Shown here one piece after another: positions 22,142-35,034 of a DNA stretch of 64,000 nucleotides (the stretch's first letter is position 1; every line of letters begins with the position of its first letter). Source of the stretch: Dipteris shenzhenensis (lineage: Eukaryota); assembly GCA_047967505.1 (NCBI GenBank), contig CM106538.1; one strand, 5' to 3'. The notes under the pieces are model-generated. The model saw only the letters and a program-made list of their open reading frames with translations, was not told where the DNA came from and searched no databases. A program made the position numbers and the translations under genes.

Positions 22142-25100
22142 ATGGCTGGTAACAATCATGATCTATTTGGCATTCTTCGTGAAGATGATAAGTTGGATGG
22201 CACCAACTATCCGATGTGGTCTTATCTCATGAAACACATTCTTGTTGCAAGGCATTTTTGGAATATTGTTTCTGGGATTGATCTGAGGCCAGCCAATGCT
22301 ACAGTGGCTGCCCCTACTGCTGATCCCTCTGCAGAGGGTACTCCTCCTGATGCCTTATCCTCTAGCACCCCTGCTGCTGCTCCTCCAACTCAAGAACAAT
22401 CAAGATGGGATGCAAGAGATGCAAATGCACATTCCTGTATTGCTTTATCATGCAAGAGAATCATTATGCCACACATCCGGTCTTGCAGGACAGCAAAGGA
22501 TGCTTGGGACAAATTGGCTTCTCTTTATCAGATTCGCAATGAGGCACGTGTTGCATATTTAAGAAGGCAATTGCAGGAAGTCAGTATGAATGAAGGTGAC
22601 TCTATGGATGCATACCTGACAAAGGTCAAGGATCTCATGGAACAACTTGCCAATATTGATGAGGTGGTGCCAAATTCTCAGCTTGTCAGTACCACATTGA
22701 ATGGACTGCCAGATACATATCAAGGGTTTGCTACAACCCTTCGATTAGTGGCCATGGGTGATCCAGACCACTACTCTTTTGATCAGCTAGTCACTTTGCT
22801 TCTGTAGGAAGAGCAAAGTCGAGCTAATAGACAAGCTATTATTCCTGATCATGCATTTGCTTCACAGCAGACACGAAGAGGCAAGGCTTCCAAGCCTATG
22901 GGCAAACCTAAATATGGGCCTAACAGTGGCAATTCCTCCAATGCATCTAAAAATACAGCAGATAAGTCAAAGAAGAAAAGATGCAACTATTGTTGCAAGC
23001 CTGGGCATGAAATTTCAGAATGCAGGAAGCGCATTGCTTCGGATAAAAAGAAAGCAGGATTGACAGTTAATGCCTCACATGCAATTGAATTCCACGAGCC
23101 AGCAGATGCCTCACATGCACATGCTCTCCAGGATGATTGGGCATGGGCTTTCCATTGCTCCTTTGATCCCTTCCAAGTTGATGCATTGTTTACTGCTAAT
23201 GATGCTTAGTCTTGGTATTTTGATAGTGGTGCTTCCAAGCACGTCACATCTTGCAGACAGTTGTTTCATTCCTTACATAATGCACCTCGTGAAGGAACTG
23301 TCACATGTGCTAACAATGCCTCCTATGCTGTAAAAGGAATTGGAGATGTGCAGCTCACATCCATTTCAAGCCATCCTGTCACTCTGACTAATGTTCTTTT
23401 CGTCCTGGAATAGAAGTCAACTTGATTTCAATTTCAGCAATTGTCGCTTCAGGTTTCAAAGTGATTTTTGATGGATACAGATGCCTAGTATATGATCTTC
23501 ATGATGACAATGCCATAGTTCTCACTGGCACTTTGAAAAAGTTTGAAAAATGGGCTTTATCACCTTGATGATCACTCAGTTGCACTCTCTATTGAAGCAT
23601 TTGCTATTTCAGATTCGCAGCTTGCTGAAACTCATCTTTGGCATGAGAGAATGGGTCGTCTCAATTATAGAGCTCTTGCCAAGTTACATTCACAGGACAT
23701 GGCAAATGATGTACCTCAAATTCACACAGTTTCCAAACACGTGTGTGAGGGTTGTCTTTTGGGTAAGATACATCGGTCTCCTTTTCAAAAGAATTGTCCA
23801 AAACTCTCACAAAGGAAATTCCAGCTAGTGCACAGTGATGTTTGTGGCCCAATGAGGACAAATGCCATTGGGGGGTACAAATATTTCATGACTCTCATTG
23901 ATGACTTCACAAGATATTGCTGGGTATATGCTTTAAAAGCCAAATCTGAAGTGTTCTCATGCTTTCAGAGGTGGCTGAATATGGTTGAGAATGAATCAGG
24001 ATGCAAGCTTGTCTCCCTCAACACAGATAGGGAGGGAGAGTGTATGTCAAAGGAGTTTGATGCATTTTTATCTTCACAAGGCATTGTTCACTCATGCACT
24101 ACTCCTTATACTCCTCAGCATAATCCTGTTCCTGAAAGGAAGAACAGGTCCACTATGGAGATGGCCAGATGCATGCTTAAGGCCAAGTCCTTGCCCAATA
24201 AATTTTGGCTTGATGCAGTGATGTGTGCCAACTATGTGCTGAATAGATCACCTACAAGGGCATTGAAGACTGTTACACCTTATGAAGCATGGAAAGGCAG
24301 GAAGCCTTCACTTTCACACATGAGAGTTTTTGGGTCTCTTGCATATGTTCATGTACCATCTCAGCTGAGACATAAGCTTGATGACAAGGCAATCAAATGC
24401 ATATTTATTGGTTACAGCCAGGAGAGCAGAGGGTATAGGTTATACTAAACCAAATACTGGGAAGATTATTGTCAGTAGAGATGTAATCTTTGATGAACAT
24501 TCGGCTTCTCCTCTTGTGGACTGCAAAGCTAAGCCAAAAGTTGACATGTTTGATGCCTTTGACTCTTGGTTACCTCTGCCTTCCTCAGAGGGGGACTTTG
24601 ACCAGCAACATGAGTCTCCTGCAGGCCCTCCAACAAGCAATGATCAGCCAGTACCCCATGCTGATTTGCAGGTTTCTCTTCCAACACAAAATGATCCCAC
24701 TATTCATGATGCCGTGATTGAAGAAAGAGCTGTCAATAGACAGCAAAGGCAAGTTCCCAGATGGCTTCTTGATACATTGAGGGACAGCAAACAAGATCAA
24801 CCTTTTGCTGCCCGGACAAGATCAGGGAATAGACAGATGCATGGTCACTTCCTTGAGTTTGCACTCCTTGCTACAGCTTGCAATGAAGAGCCTTTGTGCC
24901 ATAAAGATGCTTTTGACAGAAAAGAGTGGATGGATGCAATGAGAGCTGAGTTACAATCCATTGCCAAAAATTACACATGGGAATTAGTAGATCTCCCTCC
25001 CGGCAAGCATGCCATTGGTACCCGGTGGGTCTACAAATTAAAAAGGAAATCTAATGGCAGTATAGATCGACACAAAGCCCGTCTTGTTGCAAAAGGGTAT

Positions 25101-25970
25101 GCCCAACAACAAGGCATTGACTTTGAGAAGACCTTTGCTCGCACATCCAGGATTACTACTATTAGATGTGTCATTGCCATTGCAGCCCATCACCATTGGC
25201 AAATGCACCAGCTTGACATCAAGACAGCTTTTCTTCATGGGGATCTGCAGGAAGAAGTTTATGTGACACAACCTCCTGGCTTTGAGGTTGTTAATTCTGA
25301 AAACAAGGTATGCCGGCTTAGAAAAGCCCTTTATGGTTTGAAGCAGGCACCCAGGGCATGGTATGCCAAAATTCATGCACACTTACTATCCCTTGGTTTT
25401 CAGAATAGCCCCACAAAACCCACTCTTTATGTCCATGGGAGTGGATCTGATTTTTTAGTGCTGATTCTATATGTGGATGATATGCTAATCACGGGCCCAG
25501 ATACTCAGCATATTGCAGCTTTCAAGGCTGATTTGCAGCAAGCTTTTGAAATGTCAGACATGGGAGTTTGCTCATGTTGAGGGGGGTATCATGATGTCAC
25601 AGTCCAAGTATATTGTACAGCTCCTTGATTGTTTTCAGTTCGAGGATTGCAAGCCAATCTCTACTCCAGTGGACCTTGGCTTCAAATTTTCAGCTCATGA
25701 TGGGAGCCCACCATGTGATATCACCCTTTACCAACAGGCTGTTGGATGTCTCATTTACTTATGTCACACCAGACCTGACTTACAGTATGCAATATCTCAG
25801 CTCAGCAGGTTCATTCACATGCCCAGTTCACAGCATTGGCAGGCAGTGAAGAGAGTCTTCAGATATCTCAAAGGCACTCAAGATTTAGCCCTCTTCTATG
25901 GTGATCAGGGTTCACTTACCATGCATGCTTACACGGATAGTGACTGGGCAGGTTGTACCGACACCAAAGT
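22142..25970 (+). pseudogene. Disrupted Copia gag-pol (gag, zinc knuckle, PR, GAG-pre-integrase, IN, RT, start of RH)
   Basis: KLDGTNYPMW; CNYCCKPGHEISEC; WYFDSGAS; LWHERMGRLN; VHSDVCGP, YTPQHN; KARLVAKGY, QLDIKTAFLHG, LYGLKQAPRAW, LYVDD; TRPDL; YTDSDWAG. Copia domain order (IN before RT). Confidence 0.92.
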
Positions 25971-28170
25971 GTCACATACTTGTGAATGTCTTTCCGCATC
26001 CCTAGCCAAAAGAAATATCTCTCAATGGCATGTATAGTAGACAAAATACCTCGATGCCCTGCATAAGGAGGAGCATGACATTCTTCCAAAACTTTGGCTC
26101 GCATGTCTTGGGTCACACAAAGATGATCATCTTTCATGAGAAATCCGTCTTTCGATGTATACTGGCTGAATGATACTCCCTACTGAATATTTCTCATGGT
26201 CTCTCCGAATCTGGATCCTATAAATAAAGCTCTTTCATGGCCTCCAAGTCTCGGTGATATGCTATGGTGACATTATTCACTTTAGGCCTTCTAGATAAAG
26301 CATCCGCAACCCTGTTCCAAGCTCCTGGAGTATAAACAATCTGAAAATAAAACATGGACAGAAAATTTGCCCACTTCATCTGCTTTTCGGAGATCTCGGA
26401 CTGAGTCAAGAAATACTTCAGACTCTAATGGTCGGTCTTGACTATAAAGTCAGCTCCAAGAAGATAATGCTTCCAAATATTTAAAGCATGAATAACTGCT
26501 AGCATCTCTTTCTCATAAACACCCAAAAGCATCTCGACATCACACAGCCTCCTGCTTTCATAAGCTATAACCCAACCTTGATGGAGGGCAGCCCCCACAC
26601 ACTCTCCACATGCATCGTAGTCCACATCAAACGGTTTCTATAAATTTGGAACAATGTGAATAGGCTCAGTCGTTAGCTTGTTTAGGAGAGCATTAAAAGC
26701 TATCCTTTGTCTTTCTCCCCACCTGAAAACTACATTTTTCTTGCTCAAGTCATGTAAGGGGGCTACTATATCAGCAAAGTGTAGGATGAAGCGTCTATAA
26801 TAGGAACAAAACCCAAGAAAGCTGTGTACTTCATGTACCGAGGTGAGCTCTGGCCATTCCTGTATAGCTTTAATCTTGGCTGGATCCATCCTAATCCCTT
26901 CCTTGGAAATAATGTGTCCAAGATAATGAATCTCGCCAAGAAAGAATTCACTCTTTTTGGCATTAATAAAAAGTTTATGATTTCTCAGTTCTTGAAACAC
27001 AGTAGCCAAGTGCTCTTTGTGCTCTTCTTCTATCTTAGAAAAGACCAAAATATCATCAAAGAAAGTGCCTGTAGGATCTGAAAAATTATGTCCATCATAC
27101 GATTGAAGATGGCTAGTGCATTGGTAAGCCCAAAAGGCATCACCAAAAACTCATAAAGTCCAAAAGTGGTCCGAAAAGCTGTCTTATGGACATCTTGTGG
27201 GTAGACCCTTATCTGATGATATCCACTTTTTAAATCAATACGGCTGAAAATCGTGGCCCCTTTCAGTCTGTCCAAAATATCATCTATGCGAGGGATTGGA
27301 AACCTATTCTTGACTGTCACTTTATTAAGAGCTCTATAATCCACACACATACGATAAGAGCCATCCTTCTTTTGAACTAAGAGCACTGGTGAACAAAAAG
27401 GGTGAGGAACTGGGCCTGATAAGTCCGTTGGAGAGCAAATCCTCTACCTATGCCATAATTTCTTCAGTCTGGTCTGCGCTCACACGATAAGGTGGTCGAT
27501 TCGGGAGCTCACTCCTGGAAGGAGCTCTATGACATGATCTTCAGGTCGTTCTGGAGGAAGCTCTCGTAGTAGAGAATCGAAAAAACAATCTTTGAAAGAT
27601 TCTAGAAACTGAAATTTTTCTTTTTCTAAAGGACTTGTTCCCACTTGAGGTTCACCCTCTTTCTCTTTAAAAAAGACCATACACGCAGAAATTGCAGACT
27701 TTATTGATTTAGCAACGGAAATATTTGATACGACTGGAATCATCTCGCCTTTTCCCTTAGCCAAAAGCTTGTGTTGCTTATTCCGATGCACAAAACTGAG
27801 GGTCCTTGCTTTAGATCCAGAACTACCTCCTTTCTATGGAACCACGGCATACCCAAAATAGCATCATAATGCTTAAATGGTGAAACATAAAACTCTTCCT
27901 GATCTACATAGTCCTGTACATGAATTCTGAGCTTTCCAATCAAAGGTGTGACTTTGACTGGATCCCCTTCAAAAACATGCTCTACATCCAAAGATAAATC
28001 CCAATTCTTCCGTCTTAATTCCTAGCCTCAAAACTAGGACTTCTGAAATGAAATTATCGGTAGCTCCTGGATCAAAAAGAATTAAGGCATTCTGATCTCT
28101 TACTTTACCCCACGCGAGGCAAAGTTCTCGATTTCCTGGTTCTATGATTCTACCCAACATATCTGGGGCA
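25970..28170 (-). pseudogene. pol: Decayed Gypsy pol (PR-RT-RH-IN zinc finger), probably the 5' part of the element ending at 11211-11599
   Basis: [52 protein letters not shown] and HAPPYAGHRG in fragmented ORFs 25916-28214. Confidence 0.88.
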
Positions 28171-29333
28171 CTTAGAACACAACACCCAAGAGCTAGATTG
28201 CCCCCTTCTTGCACCAGACATCAGATTGGCCCTAAACTTAGCGCCCCTTTAGGTATTTCTTTATCTTTTATTCAGAAAGGCATGCAAATACAAGAATCAC
28301 ACCGCAATGCATCAATCCACAGATAGCCAAATGAATAATCTGATCACAGGCACTTCCGTCCTACTCTACAATCATAGAATTTATCCCAGTCCAGTGCAAC
28401 ATTCCATAGCGGCCCTTCTTTCGAATCTGGCTGAGGGTTCTAACCTGGCAGCTTTGATACCCACTAGGGGAGTCCTGGCAGCAGAGCAATCAGCCCTATC
28501 TGTCTTGGGTAGCTCTAAACCGTCAAGGGAACCCTAGCAAGACAAAAGCCAGCAAAACAACCACCCCTGGCTGTTCCTCGCAAACAAAAAGGCCAGCTGC
28601 GCAAAGCAAAAGGATCTAAAGGTTCTGAGGCAATAGGAAAGCCCCCGAAAAGCAATCAATCGATAGGAAAGCTCTCGAAACCCTAGGAAAAACAGCCAGC
28701 AAGGAAAAACGAAATTCCCTGGCAAGATCTCTTGCACCCTAGCAGATGAAAATCAATAAAAGCAACCCTGGAAGACCTGCTGGAAGAGAATCGCCAAGTC
28801 TAGAAGCAGATCGATTTGCTTGGAAGCTCCATACTGCCTGAAAAAGTGCGATTTTGATATGCACATCTGGCCTCAAAAGCTCCTAGAAGAAGTGTGAATC
28901 AGATTTGGGCCTCTAGGAAGGCATGAACAGTAGGCATGCAGCAAAAACGAACTGATCTGGATTTTGAGGTTCTGGCACCCACCAACAGCCCACAGACTGT
29001 CCTGGTAGTCAAAATTCAGCAAACTGATGTGATAGAATAGCCCTAGAGCACTTTCCCAGCCAGGGACTTGCCTCTCCCTGTTCTCCTGTGGTCCCAAAAA
29101 CAGCCCTGAAAGCAAATTTTGACTATGTTGCTTGCTTTCCAAGCCTGCTCGCCAAACGTGGCTCCTGGAGCTATTTTAGCGAAAGGGGATTTTACCCCTC
29201 TCTAACCTTCAGTCCCTTGCCTTGGACCATGGAATTAATTGCACTAAAGTGTCCTTTGAACTGTTTTAATCAGTTGGAGGCTAGGGTAGTCACCGTAAAT
29301 TCCTAAAGCTTAGAAATTCGCGTCCCCGTAACA
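28171..29333 (-). repeat. LTR family A copy (inverted relative to 660-1918), lacking about the last 95 bp
   Basis: Reverse complement starts TGTTACGGGGACGCGAATTTCTAAGC and aligns to 660-1823; it joins protease-coding sequence directly. Confidence 0.8.
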
Positions 29334-31515
29334 CATCCTTATTGACAGCCAAAGTGCAAAATGGGAAGGCAAAGACGCCAACTGACAATGCAAATGAGAG
29401 GAGTGCAATCTCCCAAATCCAAAAGGCAATTTACTGCACAAGCTTCAAAGTTTTTCACTGCAAATGTGTGGCTGTCACAAGGTGTACCTGCTGCAAAAGA
29501 CTCCCAAAAGGCAACACGAGGCCTTCCAAGGCAACACGAGGCCTTCCAAGGCAGCACGGGCCTTTCCACGATGCAAATAAAGCAGAGAAAGGACTGTTTT
29601 GCTGGAAATGAAAGGAATTAAAGTACGAGCTTACCAAGTGATGTGGACCAAAATTATAGCAAGAAAATGGCTCCAAACACGAGCACAAGTAGTCACCCTT
29701 GGAGGAGAGGTGAAATAAATGGCAATAAAGGGTGCACAAAGAAGGCTGGAAAATGGAATTACAGCAAGAGTATGTGCTCCCACAAGCAGGAGAAGACCTC
29801 GAAATGAGTGCAGCAGCAACCAGAGGTGAGATGCTCGCAGCCTGAGATGTAGAAACACCAAATGAGAGCAAGAGGGCTTCAACAGAGGTCTCTCGATGGC
29901 AGCAGCAGGCTCCAAAGCTCAAGTCGGTGAGTGTAGGCACTCCAAAATGCAGCTGCAGATCCCGAGACAGATCAGTTCAACAGGTGGCTGCAATAAATGT
30001 TCCGTACAGCTGCCTTAAATGCACCGTACAGCCCTTAAATGCTCCGTACAAGTCAGTATTGTCCACACATGCGAATGGCAGCTAGCTTAAATGCACCGTA
30101 CACCTCCATACTGAAGCAACAGGTCCATAAAGTTCACACTGCGAAGAAAACAGGGTGAAACTAACACCTTATCTGTGCCGAAATGCGGCTCAATGAAGCA
30201 TTTATGGCAGGCGGCTATGCAGCGGCAGCCCCAAAATAATTTTTTTGGTGACGGAACTGCTTGGAGAAGCCCTAAATGCCCCACGTGTTAAGGGCGCCTA
30301 GAGATATGAGCCGACCAGCACGTTAATGAGCCGAAATGTCTGCCAAAAAGCTCCAAATGCAAGTACAAGTGCTTCGGGGGAGGCTGCCAATGGCTGAGGA
30401 TTCCTGCTCTAATACCACTGTAGACTAAGGCAAGCAATGGAAGCTCAAGAAATGAAGCAATGGAGTCAAAAACTAGCTGCTGTAATGAATTGCGGCAATG
30501 CTGAAGTAAGTACAAAGTACACCCTATATGATGAAACCCTAGGACAAGGTGTCCTAGTGGTACTAACTGTACTAACGGGTACATGACCTACCTATACCAA
30601 GTGTCCTAACTACCTATTACTAGGCCTACAAGGCACATACTGAGGAACCTACAGATAGCCCATAGAATGGCCTACAAGAGTTATATCACATGATGCTCAA
30701 GGACTGTAGCATACTAGCAAGTCCAAACGTAATATCCAATCACACAAGAATTGAGAGAGAGAGATTCTTGTAGGTGAAGGGACTAGGAGGACATTGATAT
30801 ATGCTCGATGTAGCAGGATTGAACGAGGTGGAAGTAGAGGCCAGAGGACGAGGGCGTCGAGAAAGAGGTGGTGCACGAGGCAATGAAGACGAACAAGAGG
30901 ATCAGACAAATCCTCTTTTTCTGAAAGTGCTATTTTCAGTTTGGGTGACTCCTCAGATGAGGAAGAGTTGCTAATGGACACTACTTCATGATTTGCACTA
31001 GTCCAGACTTCTTATTCAGAATCTTATTCATCCACAAAGTGTGGGATAACAGCTAAGAGAAGAGCAAGAAATTTCCAGCAGTGAGCTGGGTAAAAGCAGT
31101 CAGATTCAACTGTATGCTGAGTTCTACTGGGAGCATAGATGCTCATGCACTCCTCCTGCGTTGCCCTTAATAGGCTTCAGTGGAAATTATTTGGATGCGC
31201 CAAAAAACTCCCTCTTTACAGGGTTGAAGGGACTAGAATCCCTCCCAAACAAGGCTGACTCACACTGAGCCAACCAGGCCCAAAACAGCACACTGCCAAT
31301 CAGATCAGACCCGACCGGTCTGTAGTCTGATCCCGACCTGCTACTGAGTGTGCTGCGCTGCTGCCACACATCTGCAGATGTTCTCCAGTCAGACGCAGTC
31401 TTCCACCAAACCTCCACACTGAACCTGAGGTTGTACCAACCTGTACTGCAAACCATCAAAAAGGCTACACAGCAGATCAGATGTTCCAGGTAAGCCTCTA
31501 GGTTGCCCTGGTCTA
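29334..31515 (-). mobile_element. 5' LTR end, PBS and leader of another minus-strand LTR element (extent uncertain)
   Basis: Minus-strand PBS TGGTATTAGAGC at 30406-30417, adjacent to an LTR terminus ...CTACA at 30419. Short tandem repeats in the leader (29508-29567, ~29995-30105). Confidence 0.5.
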
Positions 31516-31641
31516 TGTAATGAAAGGGGGGAAAGGCTATTTTAGTGGCCCTTTAGGTGGGAAATGTGGAGGGACTATATAAGTCCCCATCCACCACTCA
31601 TTGTGTACATTTTGAGTAATACCCTTCCTCCTCCTTGCAGC

Positions 31642-31687
<46 letters not shown>

Positions 31688-32700
31688 TCCTTCTCTCCCT
31701 TCTCTCTCTCCCTTCCGCTCTTCTACTCCTTTGTTGGAAAGGTCACCTCCCCATCTGTAAGCCCCCATATGAGGAGAGCATGGGGGGGTGAACCTAGGGT
31801 TTGAGAGACTGACACATGCGCAGCAGCATGGCTGCCATGCGGGCAAGAATCAAAGAGAGAAAAGTATCCCGGACAGATGGCCCCTGCATGGCAGGCCAAG
31901 TGGAGAGGGTAGTGGGCAGGGTCATAGCCTGCAAACAGGCCCGGAACATGGCAACACATGGCGGTGAAATCAGTGAAGGTATGGCTGCAGTACAGCAGCA
32001 TGACGGAGCTGTTGGAGCAGGTTCTGAGGGCTGGAACAGGCCTGAGTAAGGGCAGGACCAGCAGGACAGAAGGGGCAGAGGTGGAGGCTATGGTGGACCA
32101 GCCACTTTTGGCCATAGATGAGCCCACGGGTAGGGCCCAATGGGGGGCTGCCCTTGGGGCCTGACAGCAGCCCAAAAGGGCCTGGCAGAGGCCCTTATAT
32201 AGGGCTTGGAAAGCAGCCAACCAGTGGGTTGGTTAGGGCTGCAAGCCAACCAGCCAGTCAGCCCATTTAGGGCTGGCTGGTCGGTCAAATTGACAAGGGG
32301 CTCAGCCCCTATAAAAGGAGAGGCCTCGGGCCTCATTACATATCACTTGGGAGCAGCAGAAAAGCCCCATCAGAAAGGAGCAGCAGGGAGCTTGTCTTGG
32401 GCCTCATCACTGGAGGAGAAGAGAGCAAACAGTAGCTGCAAACTTAGCTGAGGGTGCTGCCCACCTAGGCTGGTGCAAAGACAGCAAGGGGGAAGGGATC
32501 TAAACAGAAAGTCTACTCACCCTCGAGGTGGAGCACGCGGGCTCGACTCTAGAGATAGCCAGCAGATAGGGAAGTACCTTGTGGTAAGATCAGAGGACCA
32601 CACCATTGGTGGGACTCTGGATCTATCTCTTTTGTATTGTTTCCATAGCTTTGGACGGAAATATATTATTTTGGTGGTTTCTCTATCTCGCTGGTTCATT
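31516..32700 (+). mobile_element. Solo LTR
   Basis: Starts TGTAATGAA and ends TTCATT (inverted end missing the final ACA). Flanked by perfect 5-bp TSD GTCTA (31511-31515, 32701-32705). Internal TATA-like CCTATAAAAG and (CT)n. Confidence 0.75.
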
Positions 32701-32793
32701 GTCTATTGATGAGTCTGCACATCTATTCTATGCACGTAAGTTTAAATATTTGTGATTCCACACCCCACACCACACTGTGTGAGCTCCTCGGCT

Positions 32794-33113
32794 CATAGTT
32801 ACCAGGGAACGGGAACGTTCTGGAAATTCGGGTGTCGGAACGGGAACGTTCCGGGAAGGGGGAACGGGAACCAGAACACCACGTCATACACGACACATCA
32901 TCATATGGCTTAAAATTATGTTAGAAAATGAAAGAAACTAACATTTTACAGCTTTAAACTTTATCTACAAGCTCTAAAATACCCATTTGAAACTTTCAAA
33001 GAGGCCCCCCCCACAAAAAAAAGACGTTCCGGGGCCGTTCCAGTTCTGGCATGCTACCTGGAACGGCGTTCCAGACGTTCCGGATGTCGGAATGCTGTTA
33101 CTTGGTAACTATG
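32794..33113. mobile_element. hAT-type MITE (320 bp)
   Basis: TIRs CATAGTTACCA / TGGTAACTATG, 8-bp TSD CCTCGGCT / CCTGGGCT, subterminal GGAACG/CGTTCC repeats. Confidence 0.85.
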
Positions 33114-33841
33114 CCTGGGCTATTCTATCAGTCTTCCGCTGTGCGTACCCTCTATTGGGTCATTTCTAACATCATTTTCTTTAATTGCTCCTGTCCCCTT
33201 TTCTACATCAATATTAGAGCTCCAACCCTAGCACCTTTTCTTCTTCCTTTCACTTTCCTTAAGCAACGCCGAAGCTAACACCATCGCCAAATTTGATTAA
33301 GGATGCCTGTGTGTACAATTTTTCAATGCACAACCTTTCTAAGCATATCTGTAACATCAAGGGACTCTTCCATCATTCTCAGGAGTCTCGACTGCAGCCT
33401 CAAAGCCACTGACAAGCTTCCTTAAGTTTTCTTTCGACTAGAAAGGACTGACGAATGAATTTTGAGTTACAAAGCAGTCCATTGATTTGACTCCAACACA
33501 ACCCAAACGTGAGTGGGTGACGAGACAACATTTTGGCCCATTCTCAAGGCCTTCCACTGCCCCATTTTGGCCCATTTTCAACTTTTATTGTGTGTTGCAC
33601 ACACAACATCAGGTGCAATTACAGCAGCATTTACTTTTGTCTATCTGCTTCCTTTCTTCCTTTACGCTCGTACTTGCTTAGCATTGTCTGCCAGAGTGGG
33701 ACTTTTTGCAGGAAGCTAGCTAGATTCGAGCTCCTTCTCCCGGGATAGTCGGCTCCCAAGCTCAGCAGCCTCATCACTGACAGTGATGAGGCTGCTCAAC
33801 ATGAGTATTTTCCTTCCACAGCTGGCGCGTCCACTGGTTGT

Positions 33842-35034
33842 ATGATACCTGCATCCCGGGATGTGTCGGCACAGTTCCTGGAAGCATTATCCTCCAAGCT
33901 CCATGATACATGTCTTCAGTTGGGGCAGCAGATTGGTGAGCAAATATCTCAGCGGCTCGGCGCATTATCTGACAAGGGCAAGCAGCCTATGCCCCAGCAT
34001 GGGGATCAGTCAGACAGCCAAGATGCATTCTCCGCACAACATGGGGGTTTTATGGCAGATGCCCGACACTTAGCAGGATTTCAGCCCTTTTGTCAGTCTC
34101 AGTTTGAGCAGCTTCCTCCCCAGTATGGGTGTCATGTGCACGGATTGGTATCTGACGTGTACTAGGTACACAGAACTAGCTCAGGTTAGCCTGCGGAGGC
34201 TTAGAGCTAGGCAGGCTTGATTCTCGGGTTGAGTGGCAAGGGTACGAACTATTTATAGGTCTTCGCTATTTTTGGCGCTGGGGCCCGAGTCTATAAAAGA
34301 GGCCCAGGAGGTTCAGTTCTCAGAGTGCAGTTGGGAGCAAGTCTCGTTCCCAGGTGCTAGGTCTGATCCTGGATTGAGTCGCGGACGCGCGCCTGCATCT
34401 TAGCGTAGCCCAAGGCCCAGTGGCAGATCCAGGGCTTCACAGCGCCACCTGGTGGTATGGGACACCAGGCTGGTTTGGATCTGATTGGGAGTTCGTGCCA
34501 GTAGCTCAGCTCGTGGCTCGGAGGGGACACCTTCTGATTCGGGATCACATCCCGTAGATGTCACGGTTGGGTGGTGAGCAGCCTGCTCAGTTCTAATGTT
34601 GTGTGTGGTTATTTTGCAGATCAGGGGTTTCAGGAGTGCTGGGACGTGTCAATGGGGATTATCGAGGCGTTGAGGATTTATTCTCTACAACACCAACCCT
34701 ATTATCAGACTTGACACCATCTTATAGTTTACAGCTCTCTGCACCTCTACAGATGGAGCAATCTATTTTGGGACGACCCACTGGGTTACACCCATTTTAC
34801 TGCTCCTTTGCTGCAGCAGCAAGTATGCCAGAAGCTAGTTTTGGTTTGCAGGGCAACCCATTCCATTGGGAGAGAGGTCAATCCTCTTCTCAGCCGTTTG
34901 GCATGCCATCATATCAGAGGGATGCGTTTGGCAGACATACACAGCCTGGGATACATTTGCATGTCGATTTCGGTATGGCCAACGACTTCAATTGGCCAAA
35001 TGGAAGGGGGGAATGGGCTACATATTTACATTGA
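33842..35034 (+). pseudogene. Hypothetical ~221-aa ORF interrupted by a solo LTR; possibly a retroelement gag N-terminal region
   Basis: Removing 34130-34651 plus one TSD joins ...LPPQYG to DYRGVEDLF... in frame. Contains a DKGKQPM motif often seen in gag N-termini. Confidence 0.4.
34130..34651 (+). mobile_element. Solo LTR (522 bp)
   Basis: TGTCA...TGTCA ends (TG...CA), perfect TSD ATGGG (34125-34129, 34652-34656), internal CTATAAAAG. Confidence 0.8.

Larger units (their letters stand above)
11600..25970 (+). mobile_element. Ty1/Copia LTR retrotransposon (element B); 5' LTR split by element C; 3' end deleted
   Basis: LTR pieces ~11600-12070 (starts TGTCA) and 20798-20897 (ends CA), Met PBS 20900-20911, gag-pol from ATG 22142, truncated in RNase H after YTDSDWAG at ~25970. 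Confidence 0.85.
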
